DNA of 64,000 nucleotides from Oopsacas minuta (taxonomy: Eukaryota; Animalia; Porifera). The first letter of the stretch is position 1, and every line of letters starts with the position of its first letter. This document shows positions 35,214 to 47,200 of the stretch, piece by piece. The position numbers and the translations under genes were made by a program. The DNA is taken from the NCBI GenBank assembly GCA_024704765.1, contig JAKMXF010000340.1, positions 124,001 to 188,000 on the forward strand, given 5' to 3'. The notes under the pieces were generated by a model that saw only the letters and a program-made list of their open reading frames with translations, did not search any database and was not told where the DNA came from.

Positions 35214-38200
35214 TTATTCTTTAGTTTCAATCAGTGACCATGCTAGTACAATCTGATTTTTCTGACCTTTATGAAAAACAGGTTTGGGTACATTACTTTC
35301 AACCAAGACAAGTTCTTTCATTTTCCCATCCAAATTCAAACTAATTTTAGCACTCACTTCAATTGGTGTTTGTATATTCAGTTTTTTGGCTGCCTTAATA
35401 TAATTACCGATAAATTCGCCGATACATCGCTTTCCTGGAAGGAAAAACGCGAGGTCTCCAGCTTTATCTAAGTGCAGAACAGCTGCTTGATCTGGTCCGG
35501 GAAATAATGAAATGTGACCGATTTTATCAAAGGTCAAATGCGGGTATTTTTTCTTTACTTCGAACTTTGAACCTTCTAACCTATACAAATGTTTGTCAGT
35601 CAAAACTAAATGCATTTCTTCACTTTTCATGCTTGATGTTAATCGAATGACAGTTGCAGACCAAATAACGTTACCATCTTGTAACGCAGTTTTGAGTTTC
35701 AGAATAGATTGAGTGTATTTTGTTAGAATTTTAGGATTCAGCTCTTTTCCAAGGAGGTCACCTTCCCAAGGGTGATGCAAACCCCAGTCACTTTTGGCGC
35801 CATAAAGAGCAGTGTGTGCAGCTCCCTATATATATATAGAATCAGAAATGATACGTCATACAGTTTGAGATCGATTTGTTAGGCTAGTAGAATATAAAAA
35901 TATCTGAAATTGGCGGAGCTGAAAAGAATGAAAATCGAGGGCAATCGTCCACGAACTCACTCTGCGGAGTGGTGGGTGGAGGCCTAAAATCCACAACAAT
36001 TGTTATACTTCCCAACCTTCGAGGGAAGATTACAAAATCCGTGAAAACTTTTGATAATTCTATACATTTTAGTCCAAAAATAGCCTGGAATTGCTACTTC
36101 TGGCGTAAAACTTGTAATCTAGGGAATTTCAAAAATCTCAAGCTTTATCAAAAACAATCCGGGAAAGTAAATATTAAGAATTTGGTAAGCATGTAATGAG
36201 CAATAAAACTGAGTTGTATAATACGAGTATAACGTATTATACGTCTATGTTACCTTGAAATATAAGATTTTGGCATTGTTAGACTTGTATAAGTCACATT
36301 ATTATCAAGTATTACATAATTTTGCCAACTATGTGTTGAGATTTCTCATCAACAATTCGAGAACTACTGTTTTGATGCGAATTATTTATTGCAGAAATCA
36401 GCCTAATAGAAATTACGTCACCAAATATTGAGATTGAACGTATAATACGTCTTCATTGAGAGACGTAATTATGAATTCAATAAATCAGTTTCTGTCACTG
36501 ATATATCTCTATAGCCTGTTGCAGAATCCTTTTGTCATGTTACACATTGGCGGTCCCATTTTTCCCCGGGTTTGAAATCTTGGCTCGTCCTTGCCCGGGC
36601 TATGCAAATCCTGGGACAGCCCCTGAACTTACCATAAGAGTAATCATCTTAATCTGTTCAGTTGTAAACGGAGCCTGTAGTTTCTTAGCTCTCCAGCTAA
36701 AGTGTATCTTTTTCATATTCTCTACTCCCTGTTTAATAGCAGGAGGGTACTTATCTGGCCATTCTATAGAGTAACCCAAATCTCGCATTGATTCTACTCC
36801 TTTAAATGCCTAAATAGGAGAAAGCAATTAATATTGAAGGACTAACATAATAGCTGACTATCATACGATATTTCCATGCATTAAGGGTGATACGTTAATC
36901 AATAAATATTTTTCCAACACAGCCAACACCCGCTATATCAAACAAGGATACATCAAAATACCCGATTTATATCAAACACTGAGCTGAATTCCCATAAATA
37001 AAGTACCAACTCCAAAACCGTTAAGTAACAAAAGTTGCATCAGTTACATCGAACTCCGCTTATACCGAAGTAATTATCGCGGTGCCTAGAACTTCAATAT
37101 AACGGAGTTGACTGTATTCAAATACTTACCTTGAGAATAACATTGAAATAATTCTTTAGCTTACACTTCTTATACCAAGCCATTATAGTGTATACAGCCC
37201 TGATCTTCCTCACAAGCCTCTTTGCGTGATGTTTACGCCAAATTGTTTGTATAACCGTAGCCATCTTCGGTAACACAGACAATCGTTTATTTTCAAGTTC
37301 GATAATAGTATTCGGTTTCTTAAGGAAAATCATAAATTTTCCAAATCTACATTCATCTTTTAGTGAGAGATAACTCATTATTGAGATTGTTCCTTCTTTC
37401 ATGTTTTTAACTTCTGGCCAGGTACTCGGACAAATACATTTATATCTAATAGACAAAATTAATAGTTCTCCATCTCGAACGAATTATTTTCCCCTATTGA
37501 TGACCAAAAATGGTCAGTATATGCTTAGGACATCAATTTTAGGGACATGCATGTACAGGTATATATATATATATACTCTATGTATCGAATAAGCTGTAGG
37601 GTAGGGAAAAAATTCGAATAATTAATTGGACTTTTACATAATATCCTACCAAGCCAGCCAAATGTGGCCAAAAGCATCCCTCCTCCCTCCTCTTCAACAT
37701 ATTTGGCATATACACATACATTTCCTGGCCAAAAGCATTCGACCTTCCAGGCAAAATTTCCACATCCCGTAATATACATGCTACTTTAGTTTCATAGACT
37801 GAAAATGACTTAAACTTCTGCCGAATTCATCAATTTCCACACATTTTTCCGTCTACCACAAGAGTTGGAGTATTTCAATACATTCGTCCAGTGCAAGGCT
37901 GTATTACGTAAACTTACCTTTGAATGAACTTATCATATTTCTGAGAGAGACTGATTCCAGTTCTCCTAACTTTAACATGCTCAACAATGTTCAAAAATCT
38001 TGCTTGATGCTCAACAATAGAATCCACTATTTTCATTGGAAACTTTGAACTATTAGGCCTAATACAACGAACATATAGTGGATACATTGTAGAGATTACA
38101 TCATTCAGTTTCTTGACAGATGACTTGAATTCTGACACGAAAGTTGTCTGTTTTATATTTCCTACTTGGGTAGACCACATTTCCTTCATTGAGTTAATTT

Positions 38201-41200
38201 TACTGTTTGAAAGTACTCGAATTAAATCCTATAAATATTGAACTGTGAAATTAGAATTTTTACTGCGCGACTGCGAAGGATTTTCATCACTGCATTTGTC
38301 AAAAGAATTTTGGGCAGTGGACTCCATCAAATTTAGAGAACACTTAAAGGCCAGTAGAGTAGCTCCAAACACGGGGGTGTCAGGGACGTCAAAGAAAAGC
38401 ATTTCGAAAGCATGAAATTAACGCGAACTTTCGAGAAATCCAATTTCTCAAACTATTCGAAATTCGGTTTTCTAATCAAGGAAATTTCCGCAAATTACAG
38501 CAATTCTTATTAAAGTCATGGATAGGAAATTCTTAGTCCCATATAAATGAACCTACAAAACAAGCTTCAATTCGCGTAACTTTCCTACATTAAGGTATTG
38601 CAAACAACGTACCATAGAGATAGCATTCTTATTATTTGCAATAAACTCTTTTGTAGAGTAAATAACCTCGATATCATAATGCTTAATCATGAACTCATTA
38701 ATCTGTAGAGTTTGATCACCAGCAGCATTACTCTTATAATGTGGATTCACTGTTAAAGCCTTATCCATTTGAATTAGAATATCTTTATCAGTCTTATCAT
38801 CCTTTGAAGATATTTCATCAATAATGCTTAATATTCCACGATTTGGTTCTTCTATCATCTTTAAGATCATTTCATTGTCATTTATGTCAACGTTAATCCA
38901 GGGTATACCTTTAGAATACACGGGACGGGGTATTAGGGGAATGGATGGATTCGGGATTTATGGGTTCATCTATAGCCAATATAATTCGAAACATAATGGA
39001 ACATGGGTCGACATTGCTGACCCATGACCCGTTATGTGACCAATTGAGTGAATTAACCTATGACTCGTTACGCAATTTTGAAATCAAACATAGTGTAAAA
39101 CAACGAGGTGGACAAACTATGGATCATTCAATATTTTTATAAGAAATAGATAATCCAGCTGTTCCTATATGTCTATAACAATTGTAACACAAACCCCTGA
39201 GATAATCATTCAAATTCCAAATCGGTCATTACTCTTTAGTCATGGGTCCGTCAAGGGTTTGCTCTACTTCGAAACAAACGAAGATTTTCGAATATTCGTG
39301 TTAACTACATACACATTTAACATCAATCAATTCTAATGATATTCTCATAAAATACATTGAATGATGATATCAACACAAAAATTACTATTAAGAAAATCTC
39401 ATTTATCTTATTAATTACAGATTTCAAGGCTCTTCCATAACTCAAAAATAATAATTGTTTATTTAGCAAACTTGAAAGAATATTTTAAAACAAATCACCG
39501 AATTTAAGGTTGATTAAAATTCACACATATTTCTTGAATATCACAGTAAAGATCAAAGGATAAATTACTATAAATAATTTGATTAAAATATTCTCATAAA
39601 TGGAGGACGTTTATATGAATCGCGAGGCAGGAAAACTATTTTCCTCGAATAATTACAAATTGAAATATGTGACAGGATCATGTCAAGAGATTGAGAGAAT
39701 AGAGCATCCGAAAAAAAATCAAAATCTATGTAAATGCCATTCAAACGATGAAAATTGGAAATCGAATAAAACGCGCGAAGCCCTCATAAAACTAACAATC
39801 GCGGCATTTCTCGCGATAATTTTCACAATAGCTGAAGCAGTTGGCGGTTACATTTCCTCTAGTTTAGCCGTGCTGACAGATTCAGCTCATATGCTATCGG
39901 ATTTTTTCGGATTCATTGTAAGTCTAGTCTCACTAGTAATCTCCAAACGAAAACCAAGCAGAAAAATGCATTATGGTTACCATCGTGCTGAAGTGCTAGG
40001 CGCAGTATTCTCCGTTATAATTATATGGATTGTGACAGCACTGTTAGTTTACGAGGCGATACAGCGTGTAATACATTTAGACTATGAGATAGACGCTGAC
40101 GTAATGCTAATTACAGCTACTGCTGGGCTATACATTAACGTATTGCTATCGCTAGTGTTACAGATACCATTACCGAAATTTCTTCTCGAAAAAGAAACAT
40201 TTGAAACGCGAAAAACCACACCAAAAGTTGAGAATATAAACATCCGCGCGGCATTAATACATTGTATCGGTGATATTGTACAAAGCATGGGTGTGATAAT
40301 CGCAGGAATAATTATACGCTTCAGACCGGATTTGAAAATTGCTGACCCAATTTGTACATTCATTTTCTCGATTTTAGTCACAATAACCACATTGAATATT
40401 CTACGCGATGCAGTGCACATACTAATGGAAGGCGCACCTGGAAATATCAAAGTCGAAGAAGTGAAAAGCTTCTTATTAAATATTCCTGGCGTCAAACGGT
40501 TACACGATCTCAGAATTTGGAACGTAAATTCAACGCGAATTTGCTTATCAGTGCATTTAGCAGTGGATTTCTGTGGTAAATACGATGCGCTACTGGAGAG
40601 AGTTATAAATGACTTGAAGGAGAGATATAATATAGATTACACGACCATACAAGTTGAATATTATAACCAGGAAGAGTATTTTAATTGCGAATTGTGTACA
40701 AGCCAAGATAAATAATTGCGGTTAATCTAATGTATTCACTCTATCAGTTAATAATATTATTTATTCAAATTACGATACTGTATCTTAATATTGCATACCA
40801 AAGTATTATTATCTTCAATACAAAATATACTCAAATAACTGAGAAGTGTGGAGTCAAAATTACCCAGGAAGTGCAGACATGGAACCGATCGACAAGCAGT
40901 TGAAATTGGCAGACAGTTGAGATACATCTACACACTCTCCACGACATTTGCTATATTAAATATAATGTTAGTTTAAACTAAATTTTGCGGGGTTTAGTAT
41001 TGTCAAAGAGTTTTAGAGATCTGTCAGTTTCATCTTTGCCAAAAATATTCACAACTGCTATTCATTACTACATTATTCCTTAACAAATATCATTGAATTA
41101 GTTAGATATTCACAGTGTACCACCTAGCATTCTAAAACTTGGTAAAGAATTGGACCGGAGGCAAGGCAACACCTTTGACATTCACACGGGCGTCCCAGCA

Positions 41201-44200
41201 TTTTCAAATCCGTGGCAAATGGCTTGTTTGCCTCCCATAGGACCGCCACTGGACATTAACTATAGCAAACCTTCTCTAAGATACACTTGCTGTGGCTCAG
41301 CCAACACAGAAGTAATAAACAGCTGCTGCAGATTCTCACTACAGTAATTAATACACAGCTGTGCCAATTCATTTACATCAGCAACCTCGAATCCGTATAT
41401 ATCTATAAGACACAGTTTAGAACATTTTCCAGTTACTTTAGTGTGCGGGGAGGAAGTATTCTCATTGATTCTTTTGACAATCCATTGGATGAGATGTTCG
41501 TAGAGCCATTTAGCGAGGGTGTCACTGTATAGAGAGAGATAAATAATAATTTGACAGAATACGTAGACATACATTACCATGCCATGGTCATGTTAATTTC
41601 TTTAAATGTGACAGTATTCATCACAACTTACCCAAAAAAGTATATTTTTAATTAGCATAGACCCATTACTTAATCTCCATAAAAGTGCTTGCCATTACGC
41701 ATATATAGAAGTTCAAAATAAACCAACTATCTTATCCTTTACGAAGTTACATTATTCACATTATGACTATCAGTGATATTGATGATGTGTATCTAGAAGA
41801 TGAATATGTACCGAGCAGTGGCAGTGAATCAGAAACTGAATCCAGTATTTCACAAGCAAGGGCCAATACACAGGGTTTCGAGACCTTTTCTTACACGCCA
41901 AAGTGGCTAAGTAAAACTCCCAATCAATTGAAAGATGAAATACCAGTTAATGGCTATCATAATGACGTGTTCCCGAAACAAAGTTTATTAACTTGAATCA
42001 ATTCCTGTACCTGTACCATCCTCAATCAAAACTTTTGTCTAACACAACATCTAATACAACCACTAAAAACAATGATAAATGGTCAATCTGTGATTTGAGC
42101 GAGGAATCTGGCTTTATGGGTATTTACAGTGTGAATCCACGAAAATATTGATTAGGTAAGTTGTGACAAATGTGGAAGGTGGTATCATATTTTATGCTTG
42201 GTTGTTGGGAGAAATGATATACCTGAAGACACAGGCTGGTTTTGGGAATTTTGTTGAAATTATACATGTGTGTCCATAAATTTTGTCATCACATTTACAA
42301 TGACAATAGAAATCAACACGGCTATGGTACAAAAATGTGTCTATTTGTTGTACAATTTTGGAGATTTTACCAACCCTGATGTTAAAATAGTTACGTACCG
42401 GCAAATATACGCTTGTTCCTTTCCATATTTCATTTTAGGACCCTCTCCTTTGCCTGTAAGATTCTTACCCACTAAAGCAGGCATCAACTCATCCATTCGA
42501 AGACCCAATAGGTTCGCCACTGGAGTTACACAATTCATGTTTATGACCCTAGCTTCATCAGATTCACCTTTGTCAAAATGTACCTACAGCATTAATTCAT
42601 ATAAATCTAGATTAAGAGTTTCGTCTATGGGAAAGGAGGAATTCGCCTAAGGACAGATTACACATTTGCGTTTTTGCATCCTTGCGGATGTGTTTGTTTC
42701 CCCATAATACATATCGAACTCATTGGGTTTTCACCTTTTGCTTATCTGTATTTTTTGCCAATTTTCTGATGCATTTGTAGGCAAAAAAATTTTTGACTAT
42801 ATTTATTCCATATGGATAGCAAATGTTTCGTTTGTCATTGAAGGCCCTCGACATAACTAACCTGACCAAGATGAAGTATAGCTGCAATTATCTTGAAAAC
42901 TTCTAATTGTTCTTTCTCATGGAAACCAACTGAATTAAATGCTTCCCTTGTGTTACGGTACATTTCCTTCTCAACAACTCCTTTTAAAGTAAACGGCTCT
43001 CCACCATCAGCTAGATAGTTGTATTGCTTTACATTAGATTGTAGCTGTAATTGCTTCAGTAGTGTGGCATCTTGTGAACCAAGAAGTCTATAAGGGCAAA
43101 TGTGTTCATAAAGTGAAGTCGAACACGAAGAATCGAGCTGGAGCCTAATCTCCAAATTTATGGGTCGCGAAATATAGTAGAACCGGAAAAATATCCGGTT
43201 TCCACTGTATTGAGTTCAAAAACAGGGCTGACGGTATGTTCTGCGTCTGAATACATTTGCCTTTAAGCCCCCAGGCAGCTTACCGATGGACAGAATTGCA
43301 GAATCTTGTTTAAGTTCACTAGTCGGTACTTATATGCTTTGCTCGGCCAACGAAAATGGTAATTTAGCATTCTCACCCCCGAGGGCCTGGCCGACAGCTT
43401 CGGCTAGCCCTCCATCGGCCGATTCTTAGAGGGAATAATGTCTATACACAGCAAATACGTAGCTCACCCCCTGTAGCTAAACCGCGACGTCGCCCTTGCT
43501 TTTTAGCCAGCCATGAATATAAGATACTACAATAATAAACCTGTAGAAAATATGAAAGTTTCTATCTCCTTTTTGTTGACTGACAACTCTATCTTTCTCC
43601 AGCATGTAAACAGTAACTGTCCCACCAACTGGTTGGCTTAGAAAATCAAAATCTATACTGGTGCACTTCAGGAATCGTGACGAATTATTGTTTCGTTTAG
43701 TGCGTGCGTTACCAAAAGCTTCCAAAAGAGTGCTCGAATGGATGAGTAGGTTTTTTACTCGCTCTGCCTCTGTGGGTATAGATGATAGTGTTATCTTTGT
43801 CAGGTAGAGCATCATACATTTTAGGATCTCGGTTTTCCCTAAAAATTTTTTTGGTCAAAGTTTATGATCGTTTTGAGCTATAATTAAGACATCACCCACT
43901 CAAATTTTTCAATTAATTTGATGTTAAATCAAACCTAATTTTTCAAAATATGCGCGTACAGCCTTTCGCTGTCACACATCTTCAATTTCAATAGGTTATC
44001 TCCCTAAAGGACATGAGCTAAAGCGTGTGCCAAGCTTGTATGTGATATACAAACGTCCGAATAAATACAGAAGTCTGAAGTACAAAAAACCTAATTGTAA
44101 TATAATATTTTCTATATTTTAAATACATCATTAATTCCAACAGGGGTAAGACAGGAGAGTGTAATGTAGCATATGACAATACAAATGCTATGAAAATAGC

Positions 44201-47200
44201 AGAAATACGGGCACAAGTCAAAAATTACATTCAATTATTAAATACAAACAGTTTCTCAAATAGAGCTGAATACAAAATTAATAAAAAATAACTAACCATC
44301 AAACAAATAGTAATAATAGATAAACAAATAAAATGTATAAATAATATTTTATGGTTGTCTAACACCTCATTTTGAAGCACAAGTTTTGCCACAAAAATCA
44401 TAATAGCCTTTGCCATCTTCCTTCTTCCTTTTCTGTCGAGTACAACCATGTCCTTTACATTTATTGTCATTGTCCACCGTATGACCACCTCTTCCCCCTC
44501 CAGCCCCAGGGGAGCCATATGGCATGCCAGTTAGCGGCTGATTGTAACTGTATGGGCTTTGTTGATAGTAATACTGAGGATTGGCTGCCATTGGATTATA
44601 GCATTGGCCAGGTAGTTGCTGACCTGGCATACCGGGATATTGACCTTGCATTCCCGGATGTTGACCTTGCATTCCAGGATATTGACTTTGCATTCCGGGA
44701 TGTTGACCTTGCATTCCAGGATATTGACTTTGCATTCCGGGATGTTGACCTTGCATTCCAGGATATTGACTTTGCATTCCGGGATGTTGACCTTGCATTC
44801 CAGGATATTGACTTTGCATTCCGGGATGTTGACCTTGCATACCGGGATATTGACTTTGCATTCCGGGATGTTGACCTTGCATACCGGGATGTTGACCTTG
44901 CATTCCGGGATGTTGACCTTGCATACCGGGATGTTGACCTTGCATACCGGGATGTTGACCTTGCATTCCAGGATGTTGACTTTGCATACCGGCATACTGA
45001 CCTTGACCTTGCATTCCAGGATGTTGATCTTGCGTACCTGTAGGTTGAATTTGTATACTGGAAGATTGTAACCCGTACTCTTGCTGATCCTGTGGTTGGA
45101 CTTGAGGTTGGGGTGTTGCTGTTTGTTCCTGAATTTTGCCCGGAATATGACCTGATTTTAAATCCTTTATGCGCTGTTTAACTTTGTCCATTTCACCCTG
45201 TATTTTCTCATAACCTATATGCTTATCAGCGGCGCAATCACAATAATCGCAAGTAGTATACTGACAATCATTAGAAGTGTTATAACCGTGACATTTATTA
45301 CACGCACACGCACCCAATACCACAATTTCGGTGTGATAAATCGGTTTATGATCACAGTAATCGCAGGCTAAAGAGGAACCCTCTCGAGGTGGGCTGTACT
45401 CATAGCACTCTTCACAAATGGCACATCTTCCGCGTTTCGTCCCAAACTTGTCCTTGCCCATTAGCTTGTATGTATATGCTATCAGTGGTATTTAAAAAAC
45501 TCGTTGAATAATAATAATATTCAAAATATTCTACAGTCAACTCCCATTAAATCGAACAGGGAATTATGGGTATACCCGCTTATATGGAAGTCTTAAATTC
45601 TACAAATATGGTCCCAAACATTCAAAGTTACCATATATTCTATCGGTTATATAGAACTCGGCATATATCGAAGAAATTATCGTGGTCCCTTGAGCTTCGA
45701 TATCACAGGAGTTGACTGTTAAGAATATGGTGCACAGAAAAAATTGAAATCCAAATAAATAGTATGCGCCAAAACGTGGATTATAATGCATATAGTTAAA
45801 TAAGCTATATATAGATATCATATATCAGTGGTTTATGATATAGGAGTACTATACAGACTATGGAAATGTTATGGCACAGCTAACACAGTGTAATCTTTCA
45901 GAATATGATTTAACCCTTTTTCAAAAGGGTATTGTATTCATGGTTATCTGCGTGTGCCCACCAAATCATATATATTAATGTATTACAAGTGCGGCTATAG
46001 TACGCCTCTTGTTACAGGTATAATTAAGCAAATGAAACGAACCAATGAGGGCTGCGTCTCGAGCCCAATAGCCCGTCAAATCTTCATAACATTCTGCCCC
46101 AAAAAATTAACCTTGAATGAAGTTCAAGTTCTTCTTAAAATAAATGAAGTTATGATTTTTAAATAATAACAAAATTACTAATAATACATGCGAATAAATA
46201 GCATACCAATTAAAAAGCTTGTAAATTAGCCTCAACTTTCATATCCACTACATATATAGATCCAGCATAATTAACAGCTATGCCTTGTGGTTCAAATAAA
46301 TCTCCAGGATTTTCTTTACCCTTCCTCCCTACAACCTGTACCAAATCCCCTTGTGGACTGAATACACGTATTTGATGGGAGCCTGAATCAGATATCAGAA
46401 TATTACTACTGGCATCCAAACAAAAGTATTTCGCATCTAAAACCATTGTCTCAGTCACGATATGACGGATTAACACTCCTTCATGCGTGAAGCTTTGTAA
46501 TGGAAATTGAGATTTATGGAATAGAACGTAGATCGCTGTTGCCTCCACACGGATATCCCTTGTTTGTGTGTCACTGTTATTCGTCGCTTTTAACGTGAAT
46601 TTTCTTTTGAATTTCAAATTTGAAATACGCACTACAACTATTTGTAAGTTCAAAAGGTCACAAACGTAAAGGTATTTGTTGCCTTTCGAATCAATTCCGC
46701 TCAGTGAAAATTCGAATTCAGTTTTCCCAATAATTTCTCCAGTGTATTTATTGATTTTGTTCAATTGGTGTAGGCCGCTGGTAATGAAGAGAAATTGGCC
46801 ACTAATACAGATCCTACGGGGTAGTAGTACCTTCTTCTGGCAAAAAGTTTCGAGAAAAATACCGTTTTCATCATAAACTTGAATTCGGTCGTTAAGGCAG
46901 TCTGCAATGTAAAGATTTTGTGTTTCATTATCGACAGCAATACCTTTCGCGTGGTTCAGATCTTCAGGACCATTTCCGCGTTTCGATTGATGCCAGTTAG
47001 GTTTCATTTTAAAGAATTTCCCTGGCGACTTGACTTCGATTATATGACAAATATTCTGTAATGAATCTTGGAAAGAAAGTTCATCCCAATGCACAATTAA
47101 GTCAGGCACATCAACTGTGAAATTTTGGTATGCTTTTTTCTCAGTTTCAAGTGTGGAAATTATCTTTGCATATGCAGGTTTTAAATCAGATTGATTTAAA

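Noticed and set aside
44621-45030. CRISPR-like look of the repeat array
   Set aside because: Units are contiguous with no unique spacers, there are no cas genes, and the context is eukaryotic coding sequence.
44372-45071. Three extra ORFs (223, 154 and 151 aa) overlapping gene A
   Set aside because: They result from the stop-free 21-bp minisatellite; only the 364-aa frame has a conserved N-terminal domain.
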